Shown piece by piece: positions 22,043-33,429 of a stretch of 64,000 bases of DNA; within the stretch, counting starts at the first letter, position 1; every line of letters begins with the position of its first letter. A program made the position numbers and the translations under genes. Source of the stretch: Escherichia phage UP19; sequence record OX638288; one strand, 5' to 3'. The notes beneath the pieces were generated by a model, which saw nothing but the letters and a program-made list of their open reading frames with translations, ran no database searches and had not been told where the DNA came from.

Positions 22043-23853
22043 TATGCAATCCTCATCCAGCGATGAACAGTTAAGTATGGTGGTAGAGTATTAACCGGGA
22101 TAGGAGTGGTCCCTTGAGCCTTATTAATACTGGCTTTATCTTCACGATATTTTGTATAAGCCGGTCCTTGTGAATCAGGGTCAACTAAACATCCACCTAC
22201 AAAAATAGGGCCATCATTATCTGCAATAAGGACTTTATCATCTGTATTAAGTTCTGGGATATTCTCATATTTCAAATTAGCCACATGAGCACCACCGGTC
22301 CCGCCTGCAGTTGATTGTGGAACACCCGCTGAATCCAGGTCGTTATTATTTGCATTAAACAAAGAACTAGCGTCAGGAGACCAACCTACCAAGAACACAT
22401 CAGATAAACGCTTCCATGAACCAAAGCCCATATAAGTTTTAGGGTTATTAGGATTCACCGTGTTCTCATAGATGGTTCCTACAGGGTAAATTAAATCAAA
22501 AAATGTCGATGCCGTATCTATTGTAATATTAGATGGGGCGACAGGTTCAACGTTAGGTGCAAAAGGATTATCTACATCAGTGATACGAACCTGGCCTGAT
22601 ATATCAATAGAAGGGCCTTTAGAAATATAGATGTTGTTGGTATAATCCAAAATCTCATCAATTTCCATGGTAGTGCCGATATCGTTATTGTACCAAATTA
22701 CCGTAAGAATATCGCCATGTTCAAAGTCACGTCCAAATTCGATGGATTCAATCTTATCTTCAGGGGTCAAATTAAAAATATAGTCTGATTTAGATTGAGT
22801 CCATTGCCCACCTGCATTAAAACACTCGGTAGCAGTACGTCCGTCGGCACCTTCACAATAAAACGAAGGAAGGCCTGCAGTACCAGCTTGATGAAGTAAT
22901 GTGCTATTAAGCATGACTTGGCAAGCATTTGGGTTGATAGGACTGTTAACGGAAATATTCAAATCAGCTGCTGATATAACATGTGAAGTACTCAAATCAC
23001 CCACGAAAGAAGAACCAGGAACAGAAACGTCTTTAGTCAATTCTGAACTTTTGATTGTTATATCACGGCGGTTATAAGAACTGCGCCATTGGGCAAGTCC
23101 GTCATTATACGATTTGATAATAACAGTATCACCTGCTTCGCATGGATATTTTAAACGGATGTCCTTACCATTCAAGGCAACCAATTCACCTGGTTGAGCA
23201 CCTGGAGAACCAAACTCTGCGGTAGCAGCATCAAAAATATCATCAACACCATAGAACAAATTGTTACCACGTTGCGAAACGCTTAAACTTGCTACGTTGT
23301 AAGAAAGGCCAGGGAAAACATCTAGAAAATCTGTTTGACCTTCAGTAGCAATAAACTGCTTGGTTGCTACGGTAGCAAGGTCGTTATTTGGAATACGGTT
23401 TACTTGCTTATTTTCAACATATTCCCAACGACCAGGCGCACAATAAACCAATTCAAGGTCAGAGAAGTTGCGAGCAATTTCAACTTGAGTAGCTGAACCC
23501 TTAATGGTATCACCTGTGGCAGGGATTAAGGTTACTGGGTTAGCTTGCCATGAAGAATACACATCACGTACACGGATAACAAAGTTATATTCTTCAGGAG
23601 AGCCTTTAGGAAGCTGGACGTTAATACGCCCACCCTGGGTATTAAGGGTATAGCTATGGCCCATTACGGCATTCAACAAAGCACCGTCTTCAGTAGAATG
23701 TTGTTTCCAAGCGCCTGCGGCATGTGGGTTATTGCCGTCGCCTAATTGGTAATAAAGCTCATTGAAGTTGTTATTAATTTTAAGACCACCTGCACGCAGG
23801 TAATCACCGGACCCGTCATCAACAGCGGAACCTACTTTTAAGTCTTGTTTCAT
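22042..23853 (-). CDS. 10: gp10 baseplate wedge protein
   Basis: 603 aa; synteny 9-10-11. Confidence 0.8.
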   Translation of the reverse strand: MKQDLKVGSAVDDGSGDYLRAGGLKINNNFNELYYQLGDGNNPHAAGAWKQHSTEDGALLNAVMGHSYTLNTQGGRINVQLPKGSPEEYNFVIRVRDVYSSWQANPVTLIPATGDTIKGSATQVEIARNFSDLELVYCAPGRWEYVENKQVNRIPNNDLATVATKQFIATEGQTDFLDVFPGLSYNVASLSVSQRGNNLFYGVDDIFDAATAEFGSPGAQPGELVALNGKDIRLKYPCEAGDTVIIKSYNDGLAQWRSSYNRRDITIKSSELTKDVSVPGSSFVGDLSTSHVISAADLNISVNSPINPNACQVMLNSTLLHQAGTAGLPSFYCEGADGRTATECFNAGGQWTQSKSDYIFNLTPEDKIESIEFGRDFEHGDILTVIWYNNDIGTTMEIDEILDYTNNIYISKGPSIDISGQVRITDVDNPFAPNVEPVAPSNITIDTASTFFDLIYPVGTIYENTVNPNNPKTYMGFGSWKRLSDVFLVGWSPDASSLFNANNNDLDSAGVPQSTAGGTGGAHVANLKYENIPELNTDDKVLIADNDGPIFVGGCLVDPDSQGPAYTKYREDKASINKAQGTTPIPVNTLPPYLTVHRWMRIA

Positions 23854-24713
23854 TATACTGGAACTCCAATAGTTTGGGTTTCTACGACCTTAATTGCAAG
23901 CCTCATAGGGTTGACAGAAGAAACGGTCGCGATAATATAGTTTGATGTATCGAATTTAAAATCCATGGAATAAATTTCATCATCATCTGAAGTTTGTCCA
24001 CGTTTAATAACTGCGTATTCAGTGGAATAAATCTTTTTAGCTTGGTTGTCAATAAACACAAGATATTCTGAAGCTTTGTAAATGGTTTCGTTGGCATTCA
24101 CCGCCGTAACTAAAAGTTTGACCAATGAATACTGGCCTGAATAAACCACCGGGATATCACGAGCTACAGAAGATATATTATATGTCTTATTTAATGGAAC
24201 TCGTTTATCGCCAAACATGCTTTCAATTGAATAATCCCATACAGCCACACCGTTTGTATCCGATACACACCATAAAAGAACTCGTGTATAAGGTGTTACA
24301 ATACGCAGGGTTGAAGTAGGATGACTTGCAAAAGTATCTAATATGCGGATTTCAAGATAATTAGTAGAAGAAATACTTCCATTAGAGTTGATAATCTCTA
24401 TTCCTTCACCAACGGCACCTTTTACAGTAGTCAGTACAATAGAACCGGTAGAAGCATCAATATCCACCAAAGAGCCTAAATCAACAGAACTTGCTTGGTC
24501 GGTATCTCCGAATTTTTGATAGTATCCTGTGGCGTGTAATTTCTGGCCGGTCAATTCACCGGTTAAAGCGGTTTTACGTTGGTCGCCAAAAGTATTATAG
24601 ATGTTATTTAAGTCGGTGTTCAGTTTAACACCACCATCATAAAGGATGTCGCCGGTGCTGGCATTACCAATTTCACCGACGTCAATTAGTTCTTTACCAG
24701 TTTGCTTAATCAT
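23853..24713 (-). CDS. 9: gp9 baseplate wedge protein (long tail fibre socket)
   Basis: 286 aa; synteny 8-9-10. Confidence 0.8.
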   Translation of the reverse strand: MIKQTGKELIDVGEIGNASTGDILYDGGVKLNTDLNNIYNTFGDQRKTALTGELTGQKLHATGYYQKFGDTDQASSVDLGSLVDIDASTGSIVLTTVKGAVGEGIEIINSNGSISSTNYLEIRILDTFASHPTSTLRIVTPYTRVLLWCVSDTNGVAVWDYSIESMFGDKRVPLNKTYNISSVARDIPVVYSGQYSLVKLLVTAVNANETIYKASEYLVFIDNQAKKIYSTEYAVIKRGQTSDDDEIYSMDFKFDTSNYIIATVSSVNPMRLAIKVVETQTIGVPV

Positions 24714-24755
24714 AGGTATGCCTCATTATTGATATACTGTATTTATTAAACCCGA

Positions 24756-24773
24756 AAGGGCCTTGCGGCCCTT
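24756..24773 (-). terminator. Hairpin terminator between genes 8 and 9
   Basis: GGGCC-GCAA-GGCCC directly after the gene 8 stop, followed by a T-rich tract. Confidence 0.45.
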
Positions 24774-24774
24774 A

Positions 24775-25779
24775 TTAGAATTCGAAGACAATGTTAATTT
24801 CTTCTGTTTGGTCCATGGAACGAATAACCGGAGGACGGTTTTCCATATAAATCATTTCACCGGAATGGCGGGAGAGGTCTATAACATCATAGTACTCTTT
24901 TTCGGCTTTGATGATCGGGTCGGATGGGTGGGCTTTAGCTTCTAACGGGTTAGAAATTATCGAAAGCTGTCTAAAACCTTTGTTTCCTGGGAGACTAAAT
25001 TCAGGGAAATAAACCGAATCTAAGAATGCTTTAAAGCGAATAGTATTGGCTTTAATACGGTAAATTAACCCATAATCGTCTTGTTGCCAAGTGAGGTTAT
25101 TCTCGTATCCCCAACGTTCTGGGTCCTCAGCAATTTCTTCTGGCCATGGAACTACAATATATTCATTAGTGCATCGGTTAATACTTACATCAGGTGGAAT
25201 CTCATACAAATATTCCCAGAGATATCCGTCACCAGTATCCACCATACCTTCCGTATCACCCTGTCCTGCCGGGGCTTTAACTGATTGCACATTTGAAGTC
25301 CATTTGCCACCAAGTTTAACACACTCGGTTTTATTATCAAGGGTCAAAATAGAACATGTACCTGATTCAGGAATATCTACACAACGATAAACCATCCACC
25401 CAGCACCTACATCAGTACGGTTTTGTGGCTGGCTATTCGCTACCACAATTTCGCCGATCTGGAAAGTAAATGGGTTAGGATAAGTTGTGTCACCCCAGTC
25501 TTTGCGTGGGACAACACAATCCAGCATACTCTTATAAACCTTAACACAACCCATCATGTTGGTCCAGACGTCTTCTACGCCTTCAGAATCATCTACAGGA
25601 TAGGGTGGTGCAAAACCAGGGTCATTTTCGTTATCGGCCCACGGTCGGGCCCTTCCGAAAGATACATACATAGTGTTCTGGTCTTCACCGTCACCTATTG
25701 TTCTGTAAAAGTTGTACATTTTTTCCGTTCTAAATTTTGAAGTAACAATAGAACGATAAACTACTGTAGAATTAATCAT
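24775..25779 (-). CDS. 8: gp8 baseplate wedge protein
   Basis: 334 aa, same length as T4 gp8; synteny 7-8-9. Confidence 0.8.
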   Translation of the reverse strand: MINSTVVYRSIVTSKFRTEKMYNFYRTIGDGEDQNTMYVSFGRARPWADNENDPGFAPPYPVDDSEGVEDVWTNMMGCVKVYKSMLDCVVPRKDWGDTTYPNPFTFQIGEIVVANSQPQNRTDVGAGWMVYRCVDIPESGTCSILTLDNKTECVKLGGKWTSNVQSVKAPAGQGDTEGMVDTGDGYLWEYLYEIPPDVSINRCTNEYIVVPWPEEIAEDPERWGYENNLTWQQDDYGLIYRIKANTIRFKAFLDSVYFPEFSLPGNKGFRQLSIISNPLEAKAHPSDPIIKAEKEYYDVIDLSRHSGEMIYMENRPPVIRSMDQTEEINIVFEF

Positions 25780-28700
25780 TAATTTTTACCTGAGTTGGAA
25801 CTTTAGGGTCTCTAGGATTTCCAATATCGTCTTTAAGACGCTTATCAACCAGTGCCCGCCAATTGGCAAAAGTCACAGCACTTTGGTCAAACAATGGACT
25901 ATGCTTTTTAATACGTTCGTGTGGTAATTGACCTTGGAATACAGAGAAATCATTTTCTGCATCATAATCAGCAGGAATATCAAACGGTTCACCTGCTTTA
26001 GGTCCAACGTTGTACATCGGAGCACCTGTACGAGGGTCTCGTTCTATATTACCATCAAAACCTATTACAGCAACTCTATCATACCATTCAGATGGCAAAC
26101 CTGAGTCCCATTTATAGTTCTTAAGGATATTAATAATGGTTTCTGTATGTTTTAGTGTTAAACCAACGTTAACAAACATAGAAAGCAAAGTTATACCTAT
26201 AAAGCCGAAACCTACCGGGTGAACAAATCTCAAAACGTCGTTGCGATAACGAGAGGTTGGGAGATTAGACTTAATAGTCATCACATAGTAAGAACGGTTA
26301 CGGTTGATATAATCGATATTGTTACTCAAAAGCTCTTTGCCGCGAACACCTTGAACAATCATACCCTTAAATGAAGTACGTTCAGATTTGATTTCCTGAC
26401 CGACTATAAAACGACCTAAAAGATTATGAATGGTTAAACGCCATTGCAATTTACCATCTTTGTAATTTCGTTCTATATAAGTAACATTACTTCTTCCTGT
26501 AGGAGTATAAATCGTTTGGCCTACGATATCTTCACTGATATTGTCGGATTCTACGATGATATCATATTCGATAGAGTTCTTGGACTCGATATCAATTTCG
26601 ACATCTTCATTATAAAGCAATTTAAACAGGAATTTATATGAAGCTTCAGTACCTTTAGTTGACCAAAAATCAGACTGACGAGCTTGGAAAAATCTAACAA
26701 CTTCGTCGCGTTTTTCTTTTGACAAATAGATATTACGTTTATAAATTTCAGACCATAGGTATTCCCATGAGTCTTCTTCACGAGGATACTGATTACGAAT
26801 AAGGTTTAACAAATTATTATAATGAGTACCAGAACCATCACTAATAAACTGTAGATAATATTCGCAGAATTTTTCAAAATTGGAATCTTGGAGTAAATAA
26901 CTATCCGGAACCATTTTGACCAATAACGGTTTCAAATCAGGGTCTTGTTCGCCAGTCTCTTCTTTAGGGGCCCATGGAATTTCATGCTCTTGGTTTTGGA
27001 GCTCTGCCGTAAACATAATTTCTTTAGGCTTCCAAATAACACGAACTTCATCACGCACACGATAGTCGAATTCAAAATAACCAACTAATTCACCCGTAGA
27101 TTTGTGAATCATCATACCGGAGGAATATTTTTTAAAGCCATTAAATTCGATATTAGGGGACGTAACTTTGCAAAATCCTTTATTCCAAATCTCATGAACA
27201 ATACGTTCTGGTGATGAACCACTATTAAGGTCGATTACTTTCTGATACAAAGCATCGTTATAAACAACCATCGCATGGTCACCTGTAGTAATCCAAGAAC
27301 GGGTTCCATCACGACGTGACCAACTGAAGAATGGTTCAGCATAATAAGCCATACGGCCTGGTTTAAATTCTTTAAAATCTGATTTAGAGTTGGACCTAAA
27401 GCTCATCATCAAATAATGCTTATTATGAATCCACTGTTCGTCTTTAACGTATTTAACGGCCGAAGTAACAATTTCAGGATATTTCCAAGGAAGTTCAGAA
27501 TCAACCTCTACTTCGTATCTAAAGTTGCTTGAACTGAAAAATAATTCTTCACCATCTGTAGACATGCTAGTATATCCATGCTCTATACGACGACGTTCTT
27601 CTTCAGTATTTCCGAATACACGAGTCCAAGTATCTGTTTCTACATCCAACCAATAGACACCTTTAGATTCAGAATCAATTACGTTAGCCTCTACTGTAGG
27701 GTCCATTTTTTCTTCTTTAACTTCGCCTGTAATTAAAGCAAACGTATGCCCTTGGATAGAATCTAATTTATAGCAAACAGCTTTAGGGTTCCCTGTGATA
27801 GTTGAATATCCGCTTTCAAATATCTTCTCGCCGTAAGTTGGTGAGCTAGGGTCAGTGTCTATAGGGGCCTCGGATGTTTTTGCTTTATAAACTCTGTCTC
27901 TACCCGCAACATAAATGAAATCGTCAGAAGCACACATAGCTTCGGCAATAGTGGAAATAGGCAATGGGAGTTTTGCGTATGACCCAAATATTTCTATTTC
28001 AAACGGAAGGTCGATATCACTACCGATTTTAGCAAATGTTACATCCTGAGAACTAAAGCGAACGTCATCAGCAGACCATCTAATATCACTTGATTTACGC
28101 CCGTAAAATATTTGGTCATAACCTAGTACATATGTAGTAGTTTCTGTTTGGTAATGAGCCGTTCTAGATACCGGATTACCCACTCTATCGTTAAACAATC
28201 TAATATAGTGCCAGTTTTGTCCTTTATCATTAGAAACTTTAGCTGTGCTTTGGAATCTTTCTAAAAGATACAGAACTCCACCAAGTTCCATTAAAATAGA
28301 ACGTCTAGGGTCTTTACAAACTGCTTGAATGCTTCCTTGGATTTCATGGAATCGGTCGGCTTTTAAAACATAATTTGATATAGATGACAAATGTGAATAC
28401 GCCGGCGTAAAGTTAAAATCTTCCGTCATTAAGGAAGCCATAATGGCATCAGTATTAAAGTTCACATAATTCTGATTATTTTTTGTGAATTTTTCTTCAA
28501 TAAATTTATTAGACAATGTGAATTCACGCATATGCTCAAATGTATATGCGTTGGTAGAGAAAGTTTCAAATTCTTCAGTGTAAACCCACTCAGACTGCTC
28601 AAACCCCTGAGCAGCGACCGCAACTCGCATTTTATAAAATGAATTAGGAGAAATGAATGCCTCTTCAAACCATTCGTTATTAGGGGTGTAACCTAAATTT

Positions 28701-28867
28701 CTCCAAAATAATCTATCGTCGGGAATTTCTACACCCGCATCCTTCGTTTGGGCCAGTTCTACGAAATAATAGAAGTTGGCGCCTACGTCATCCCAAAGAA
28801 TGCTCACATGGTTAGCCGAGAGCTTATCAATTCTCAGACTAGTAACATAAGGCGCTTGTACAGACAT
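25772..28867 (-). CDS. 7: gp7 baseplate wedge protein
   Basis: 1031 aa against about 1032 in T4; synteny 6-7-8. Confidence 0.85.
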   Translation of the reverse strand: MSVQAPYVTSLRIDKLSANHVSILWDDVGANFYYFVELAQTKDAGVEIPDDRLFWRNLGYTPNNEWFEEAFISPNSFYKMRVAVAAQGFEQSEWVYTEEFETFSTNAYTFEHMREFTLSNKFIEEKFTKNNQNYVNFNTDAIMASLMTEDFNFTPAYSHLSSISNYVLKADRFHEIQGSIQAVCKDPRRSILMELGGVLYLLERFQSTAKVSNDKGQNWHYIRLFNDRVGNPVSRTAHYQTETTTYVLGYDQIFYGRKSSDIRWSADDVRFSSQDVTFAKIGSDIDLPFEIEIFGSYAKLPLPISTIAEAMCASDDFIYVAGRDRVYKAKTSEAPIDTDPSSPTYGEKIFESGYSTITGNPKAVCYKLDSIQGHTFALITGEVKEEKMDPTVEANVIDSESKGVYWLDVETDTWTRVFGNTEEERRRIEHGYTSMSTDGEELFFSSSNFRYEVEVDSELPWKYPEIVTSAVKYVKDEQWIHNKHYLMMSFRSNSKSDFKEFKPGRMAYYAEPFFSWSRRDGTRSWITTGDHAMVVYNDALYQKVIDLNSGSSPERIVHEIWNKGFCKVTSPNIEFNGFKKYSSGMMIHKSTGELVGYFEFDYRVRDEVRVIWKPKEIMFTAELQNQEHEIPWAPKEETGEQDPDLKPLLVKMVPDSYLLQDSNFEKFCEYYLQFISDGSGTHYNNLLNLIRNQYPREEDSWEYLWSEIYKRNIYLSKEKRDEVVRFFQARQSDFWSTKGTEASYKFLFKLLYNEDVEIDIESKNSIEYDIIVESDNISEDIVGQTIYTPTGRSNVTYIERNYKDGKLQWRLTIHNLLGRFIVGQEIKSERTSFKGMIVQGVRGKELLSNNIDYINRNRSYYVMTIKSNLPTSRYRNDVLRFVHPVGFGFIGITLLSMFVNVGLTLKHTETIINILKNYKWDSGLPSEWYDRVAVIGFDGNIERDPRTGAPMYNVGPKAGEPFDIPADYDAENDFSVFQGQLPHERIKKHSPLFDQSAVTFANWRALVDKRLKDDIGNPRDPKVPTQVKIND

Positions 28868-28894
28868 TAAATCTCCTTAAACCTCCGAAGAGGC

Positions 28895-30853
28895 TTATAT
28901 TGTAATTGGTTCCAACTCTATAGTTGTGTACTGAGGACGAAGGTCATCTTCAAATACGATTAAAGAGCCGTCTTTGGTAAAGATGTTGTCTTGGTCTGGT
29001 CCTGCATAAAGTTCAATAGACTGGACTTCAAAACGGTCGGAAGTAAGGCCTATTGCGGCGATATCCCAGAAAATAAAGTCTGAGTAATAATCAATTTCGC
29101 CAATAACATAGTAGACCGATTGGTCTGCAGGAGCTGCCATTTTATCGAAGTCATCTCCGGTATAAGGTTGGATGTATTGGTTTTCAATTACATCACCTGG
29201 ACGGAAAGGACCTATAACCATTTTACCATCGCCTCGTTCGTCTTTATCTGTAGCAACAATACGTACGTTATAAGATTTAATATCATCTGATACGTTTGTT
29301 GGGACGAACTCAAATTCACTAGAAGTTACAGAACGGTTGGTGTATTGATTATAGTATTTAATACCCGCTTCAGGTGTTTTGAAGAAGTTTAATACCTCGC
29401 GAACCATTGTTACCGTGGCCGAAGAGCCAAGGATACTGTGGTCTGCGTTATCAATATAAGTCAGCATTTTAGACTTGGCAAATCCATGGTTGAATATTTC
29501 AACTTCGTTAATATAATAACGGTCTATTTGGGAAAGGATTTGAGCCGTTAGCCATTGTTCGGATTCCTGTAATTTGTTCAGTGCATATGAAACCTTAATT
29601 TTATGCTTTAAGAACAAGTAGTCCGGAGAAATAACCGAAGGAGTAATAGGCGCCAAGTTAAATTCTGAAAGATAATTTTGGATATCTTCACGTTGAACCG
29701 CTGTCAAATACAATCCTGATTTTGGTTTAATAGTAACAAAGGCGTAACCTGGTTTATTTGGGTCTGTAAAGGTTTGTACTGCTTGTACAATAGAACCAAA
29801 TCGTTCTGAAACGAATGTATCATAATCTGTACCGGTTACGGCACGCATCTGGGCTTCGCGTTTAACTACAGCCAGTTCACGAATACGTTCGATATCTTCA
29901 GGGTCACCGCCACCATCAGCACCTACATAATCCGGATTCCCATCATAGTTTTCTGTAATTTTTTCAACCGTAATATATGCCAAAGAATCCGCATAACTAA
30001 AGTCCACAGCTCCGTTAGCAACTTCACCATCGGTACGAAGATATTCTATAACAATGGTAGCATCTTTAACAGGTTTTAAACCACCAATATAGTTAGCTTC
30101 TAATACACCACCCGCAACTGATTTTTCGGCAACGCCTTCACCAAAGAAGAATTCAGTATTACCATCTACGGTTTCACGCATATAGTAAATGGTTGATGTA
30201 CTACCAGCATGAACCATGGATTTATTAGTCCAGTTAGTCCATTCTGCACCATCGACATAAAGTTTAACTTCTTGTCTATCAATATCCGGGTCACGAATAA
30301 GAATAGGGGTTTTAGGGTCATACTTAAGTTCAGTACGAATAATACGACCTTGTGCTAAAGATACAATAGGGAGATATTGGTTATTAACATCACGTACGGC
30401 AATAACGTTTTCCGTGGTAACAAAAGCATACGGGTCTGCCGAAGTATCACGAGCATAGGCCAAGAATTTAGTACCACGTGGAATACGAATATTCTTTTCA
30501 TTAAGGGCCTGAGTACAGGTCAACATAATACTTGTTTTTGCCGCTGATTTAGAACTAGGAAGATATCCGTTATCTTGTGCAGCCTGGACAACCGAAGAAC
30601 GAAGGTTTGCCGTTCCTATAAAAGACTCGTATAAAGCTGTGTTAGCAAATTGCTGTATATAAAGAGTATTATAAGCAAGCATATCAATAAGGATATTCAT
30701 TCGAGAACCAACGAAATCGTAATCCTTAAATTCTTCCTGGCTGGAAAGCCAGTCTATAATATTCTTTTTAATTTCTTCAAACGTAGCTCCCACAAATACT
30801 TTTGGGATAGCGTTAACGGTTCTTGTTAATTGGTAATTCGTAGGAGTAGCCAT
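28895..30853 (-). CDS. 6: gp6 baseplate wedge protein
   Basis: 652 aa; synteny 5-6-7. Confidence 0.85.
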   Translation of the reverse strand: MATPTNYQLTRTVNAIPKVFVGATFEEIKKNIIDWLSSQEEFKDYDFVGSRMNILIDMLAYNTLYIQQFANTALYESFIGTANLRSSVVQAAQDNGYLPSSKSAAKTSIMLTCTQALNEKNIRIPRGTKFLAYARDTSADPYAFVTTENVIAVRDVNNQYLPIVSLAQGRIIRTELKYDPKTPILIRDPDIDRQEVKLYVDGAEWTNWTNKSMVHAGSTSTIYYMRETVDGNTEFFFGEGVAEKSVAGGVLEANYIGGLKPVKDATIVIEYLRTDGEVANGAVDFSYADSLAYITVEKITENYDGNPDYVGADGGGDPEDIERIRELAVVKREAQMRAVTGTDYDTFVSERFGSIVQAVQTFTDPNKPGYAFVTIKPKSGLYLTAVQREDIQNYLSEFNLAPITPSVISPDYLFLKHKIKVSYALNKLQESEQWLTAQILSQIDRYYINEVEIFNHGFAKSKMLTYIDNADHSILGSSATVTMVREVLNFFKTPEAGIKYYNQYTNRSVTSSEFEFVPTNVSDDIKSYNVRIVATDKDERGDGKMVIGPFRPGDVIENQYIQPYTGDDFDKMAAPADQSVYYVIGEIDYYSDFIFWDIAAIGLTSDRFEVQSIELYAGPDQDNIFTKDGSLIVFEDDLRPQYTTIELEPITI

Positions 30854-30861
30854 TTTAATTC

Positions 30862-31155
30862 CTATTTTATGAATACTTTAGATGAGGCTTGTGCGACTGT
30901 ATCTCCGCACGAAATAGGGTCTGCCATTTGGACAGCCTTTTTGCCTGTAACATATACCTTTGATGTTCTAGGTTGGGTTACCCCACCGTGGGTTTCATAT
31001 GGTTTTTTAATTTCTGTATGAGGAGTTATTGGGTCCCCATCGACTAATACAGGAATGCCGCCTGTAAATACTTTACCCTGGGTGGCATTTATTACTGTAG
31101 GAGGCCATGCTTCATGACCTGCCGTTACGCATTGGTTATAACTTAAGCCCGACAT
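30862..31155 (-). CDS. 5.4: gp5.4 PAAR-repeat spike-tip protein
   Basis: 97 aa, same length as T4 gp5.4; Gly/Pro/His-rich PAAR-like sequence; located between 5 and 6. Confidence 0.75.
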   Translation of the reverse strand: MSGLSYNQCVTAGHEAWPPTVINATQGKVFTGGIPVLVDGDPITPHTEIKKPYETHGGVTQPRTSKVYVTGKKAVQMADPISCGDTVAQASSKVFIK

Positions 31156-31676
31156 TATGGCCTCGCATATACATATTCTCTGAGTTGATTAGCCCATTTG
31201 CTCCAATTACCCACTATAACCTTGGTATAAACCTTAGTAAGAGTTTTTCTTACCGGTGCTGGAGGAGGGTCGGTTTCGTTACCGGCTCTAGAATTACTTC
31301 CTCCTGAGCTCCCTGTATCACCTCCTGATGACTCTTCCTGAAAGTCATAGATTAATGTGACGCTATAGGAAAAAGTCTTCTGAAGATTACCAGGGGCTTT
31401 CCAGAGGTATAATTGAGTGCTCTTGTCCTCTGGTAAATCTTTCCATGAACCTGCGGTTTTAAATTCATCACCTAATCGATATTTTAACGCATCTTCAGAG
31501 AATCCAAATACCGATTCATAGGTTCCGTATAAACGAGCCCCATCGACAATAATGCCTTCTGTTGGCTCATATTCTGTTATATTTATTTCAACTAATGTTT
31601 CGTTTGTTTCTAATTGAGCGGTAAACGTAACATCGATTGAGGCTCCTTCCATGGAGTCTCCTAAATCCGTGCTCAT
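31155..31676 (-). CDS. Hypothetical protein in the 5.1-5.3 position
   Basis: ORF-track frame 31155..31736; start placed at the internal ATG 31674-31676, 10 nt after the gene 5 stop; no clear SD. Confidence 0.4.
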   Translation of the reverse strand: MSTDLGDSMEGASIDVTFTAQLETNETLVEINITEYEPTEGIIVDGARLYGTYESVFGFSEDALKYRLGDEFKTAGSWKDLPEDKSTQLYLWKAPGNLQKTFSYSVTLIYDFQEESSGGDTGSSGGSNSRAGNETDPPPAPVRKTLTKVYTKVIVGNWSKWANQLREYVYARP

Positions 31677-31686
31677 AGGTAAAATA

Positions 31687-33429
31687 TTAGCCAATGTCAA
31701 TCCTCGAACCATCAATAGTATATTGACCGGACGCAATAGAACTCATAGTCGACATAGTTTCAGACCAATTACCGGCAACAGTCATATCAACGTTTCCGTT
31801 TACCGACCATTTAACGTTTCCATTTACTGTATAATCATGGTTGCCTTCGACTAATGTTTTTGCATCACCTTTAACAGTTATATCAGCATTGCCTTCAACA
31901 ATAACCGTAACATTTCCTTTAACAATAAGGGCCCCGTCGCCTTCTACCGTTTTGGTTTCATTACCACGAATATGGATGCTTTCAGAACCGTCAGTCTGAC
32001 GTCGAACGTTTGCCATATTATAATAGGTTTCATCGCCACCTATATTGACTTTATTATTACCACCAACATAAGTATTAGAATCGCCTTGGGTCATATAATA
32101 CCCGTCGGCTACTGTCTTAGAAGTTTTACGTCCGTCAGGAGCGACTTCTTCGTAACTACCTGTAGGGTGGATTAATCGGTAACGTTCTTGCCCTGGGGTG
32201 TTATCGAATTCTTGGATATGCCCACCTTCAGTTTGCATGGTTTGGACATATGGGTATTCGCCTTTATAACTAGAATCCGGCTCTTTAAAAAGAATCCTTG
32301 TATCTTCCGGAGTCCATGGGTCGGCTGGGTCGGAATTTGCAGGAGCCGCAAAGGTTTGAATCATCCTATACGAACGTCCTTTAAATTCTCTTTCTTTAGG
32401 GGCCATAATACCGTATGATTCCATATTACCTGTAAGGATAATCATTGATACCCTTGAGGCACGACCCTTAGTTTGGTTAAACCACACTGAATTACGAGCT
32501 TCCTCAAATGCCTTTTTATAATCGCCTATTAGCATTGCACTGAGCATACCACGGAATTTAGCAAGCCCACCTAAACCCATTTGGAAAGCCATGTTTTCAA
32601 GAGCCATTTGTCTTGAACGGTTTTCTTTATTGTAAACAGGACCTACAACACTATGCCTGCCTATATCGTTTTGAACTTTTTTAAGGTCTTCTTGGAATAA
32701 TTTAGAAGCCTCGTCCATTGATATTGCACCAGGGTTTCCTTTAACTTCACGACCTATTTGATTAGATAATATTTTGTTTATCTGGGTCATATCTCTAATA
32801 GGTTGTGGTGTAATAAGGTGACCTATACCAATAGTAGGATATCCTTCGGTGTCCCAATATACCTTCAGACGAAGACCCTCATCACGATGAAGCATGTTTT
32901 CTATTGTGAAATTAGGATTATCATCAGGCTTAACTTGGCTTAAATCTAATCCATCCGGATTAATACCTACATCAGTGTTTGCATCTTGTATTACGTTAGA
33001 AGCGGCATCATATCCAACTTCGCCACCTCGGTTTAGTGCAGCGGCATCATTACCTAAATAAAGCGGATACTGTCCTGTTGGGTCACTAAAACCTTCGTTT
33101 GGATTTGCCTTTTGTTTTGAAGCCGAACCGTATGTACCGAGGACAAGCCCGTTTAATTTCCACTTATCAAGAAAGTGTCCGTAAACTTGTGTACCCGGGA
33201 CCATACCGGTCATAGCGGTTTGGATACCTGAAACCGAGGCAGAAGATGTAGGCATTAATACCGACATCCATGGTAAATCTTCTGTACGAAGGCCTTTTAC
33301 AGGACCTTGTACTTTTTCATATGGATGCATACCCCAGACGCGTACGCGTACTCGGCCCTGTTTGAGTGGGTCCATTCGGTCTTCAACTACACCGACGAAC
33401 CAACTTAAATTATCAGACATGTTAATCAT
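31687..33429 (-). CDS. 5: gp5 baseplate hub / cell-puncturing device with tail lysozyme domain
   Basis: 580 aa; lysozyme motif YWDTEGYPTIGIGHLI; C-terminal VxGxxxxx beta-helix repeats. Confidence 0.9.
   Translation of the reverse strand: MINMSDNLSWFVGVVEDRMDPLKQGRVRVRVWGMHPYEKVQGPVKGLRTEDLPWMSVLMPTSSASVSGIQTAMTGMVPGTQVYGHFLDKWKLNGLVLGTYGSASKQKANPNEGFSDPTGQYPLYLGNDAAALNRGGEVGYDAASNVIQDANTDVGINPDGLDLSQVKPDDNPNFTIENMLHRDEGLRLKVYWDTEGYPTIGIGHLITPQPIRDMTQINKILSNQIGREVKGNPGAISMDEASKLFQEDLKKVQNDIGRHSVVGPVYNKENRSRQMALENMAFQMGLGGLAKFRGMLSAMLIGDYKKAFEEARNSVWFNQTKGRASRVSMIILTGNMESYGIMAPKEREFKGRSYRMIQTFAAPANSDPADPWTPEDTRILFKEPDSSYKGEYPYVQTMQTEGGHIQEFDNTPGQERYRLIHPTGSYEEVAPDGRKTSKTVADGYYMTQGDSNTYVGGNNKVNIGGDETYYNMANVRRQTDGSESIHIRGNETKTVEGDGALIVKGNVTVIVEGNADITVKGDAKTLVEGNHDYTVNGNVKWSVNGNVDMTVAGNWSETMSTMSSIASGQYTIDGSRIDIG

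Noticed and set aside
24721-24753. AATAAATA as a late promoter for gene 9
   Set aside because: Deviates from TATAAATA at the first position; gene 9 may be read through from upstream.
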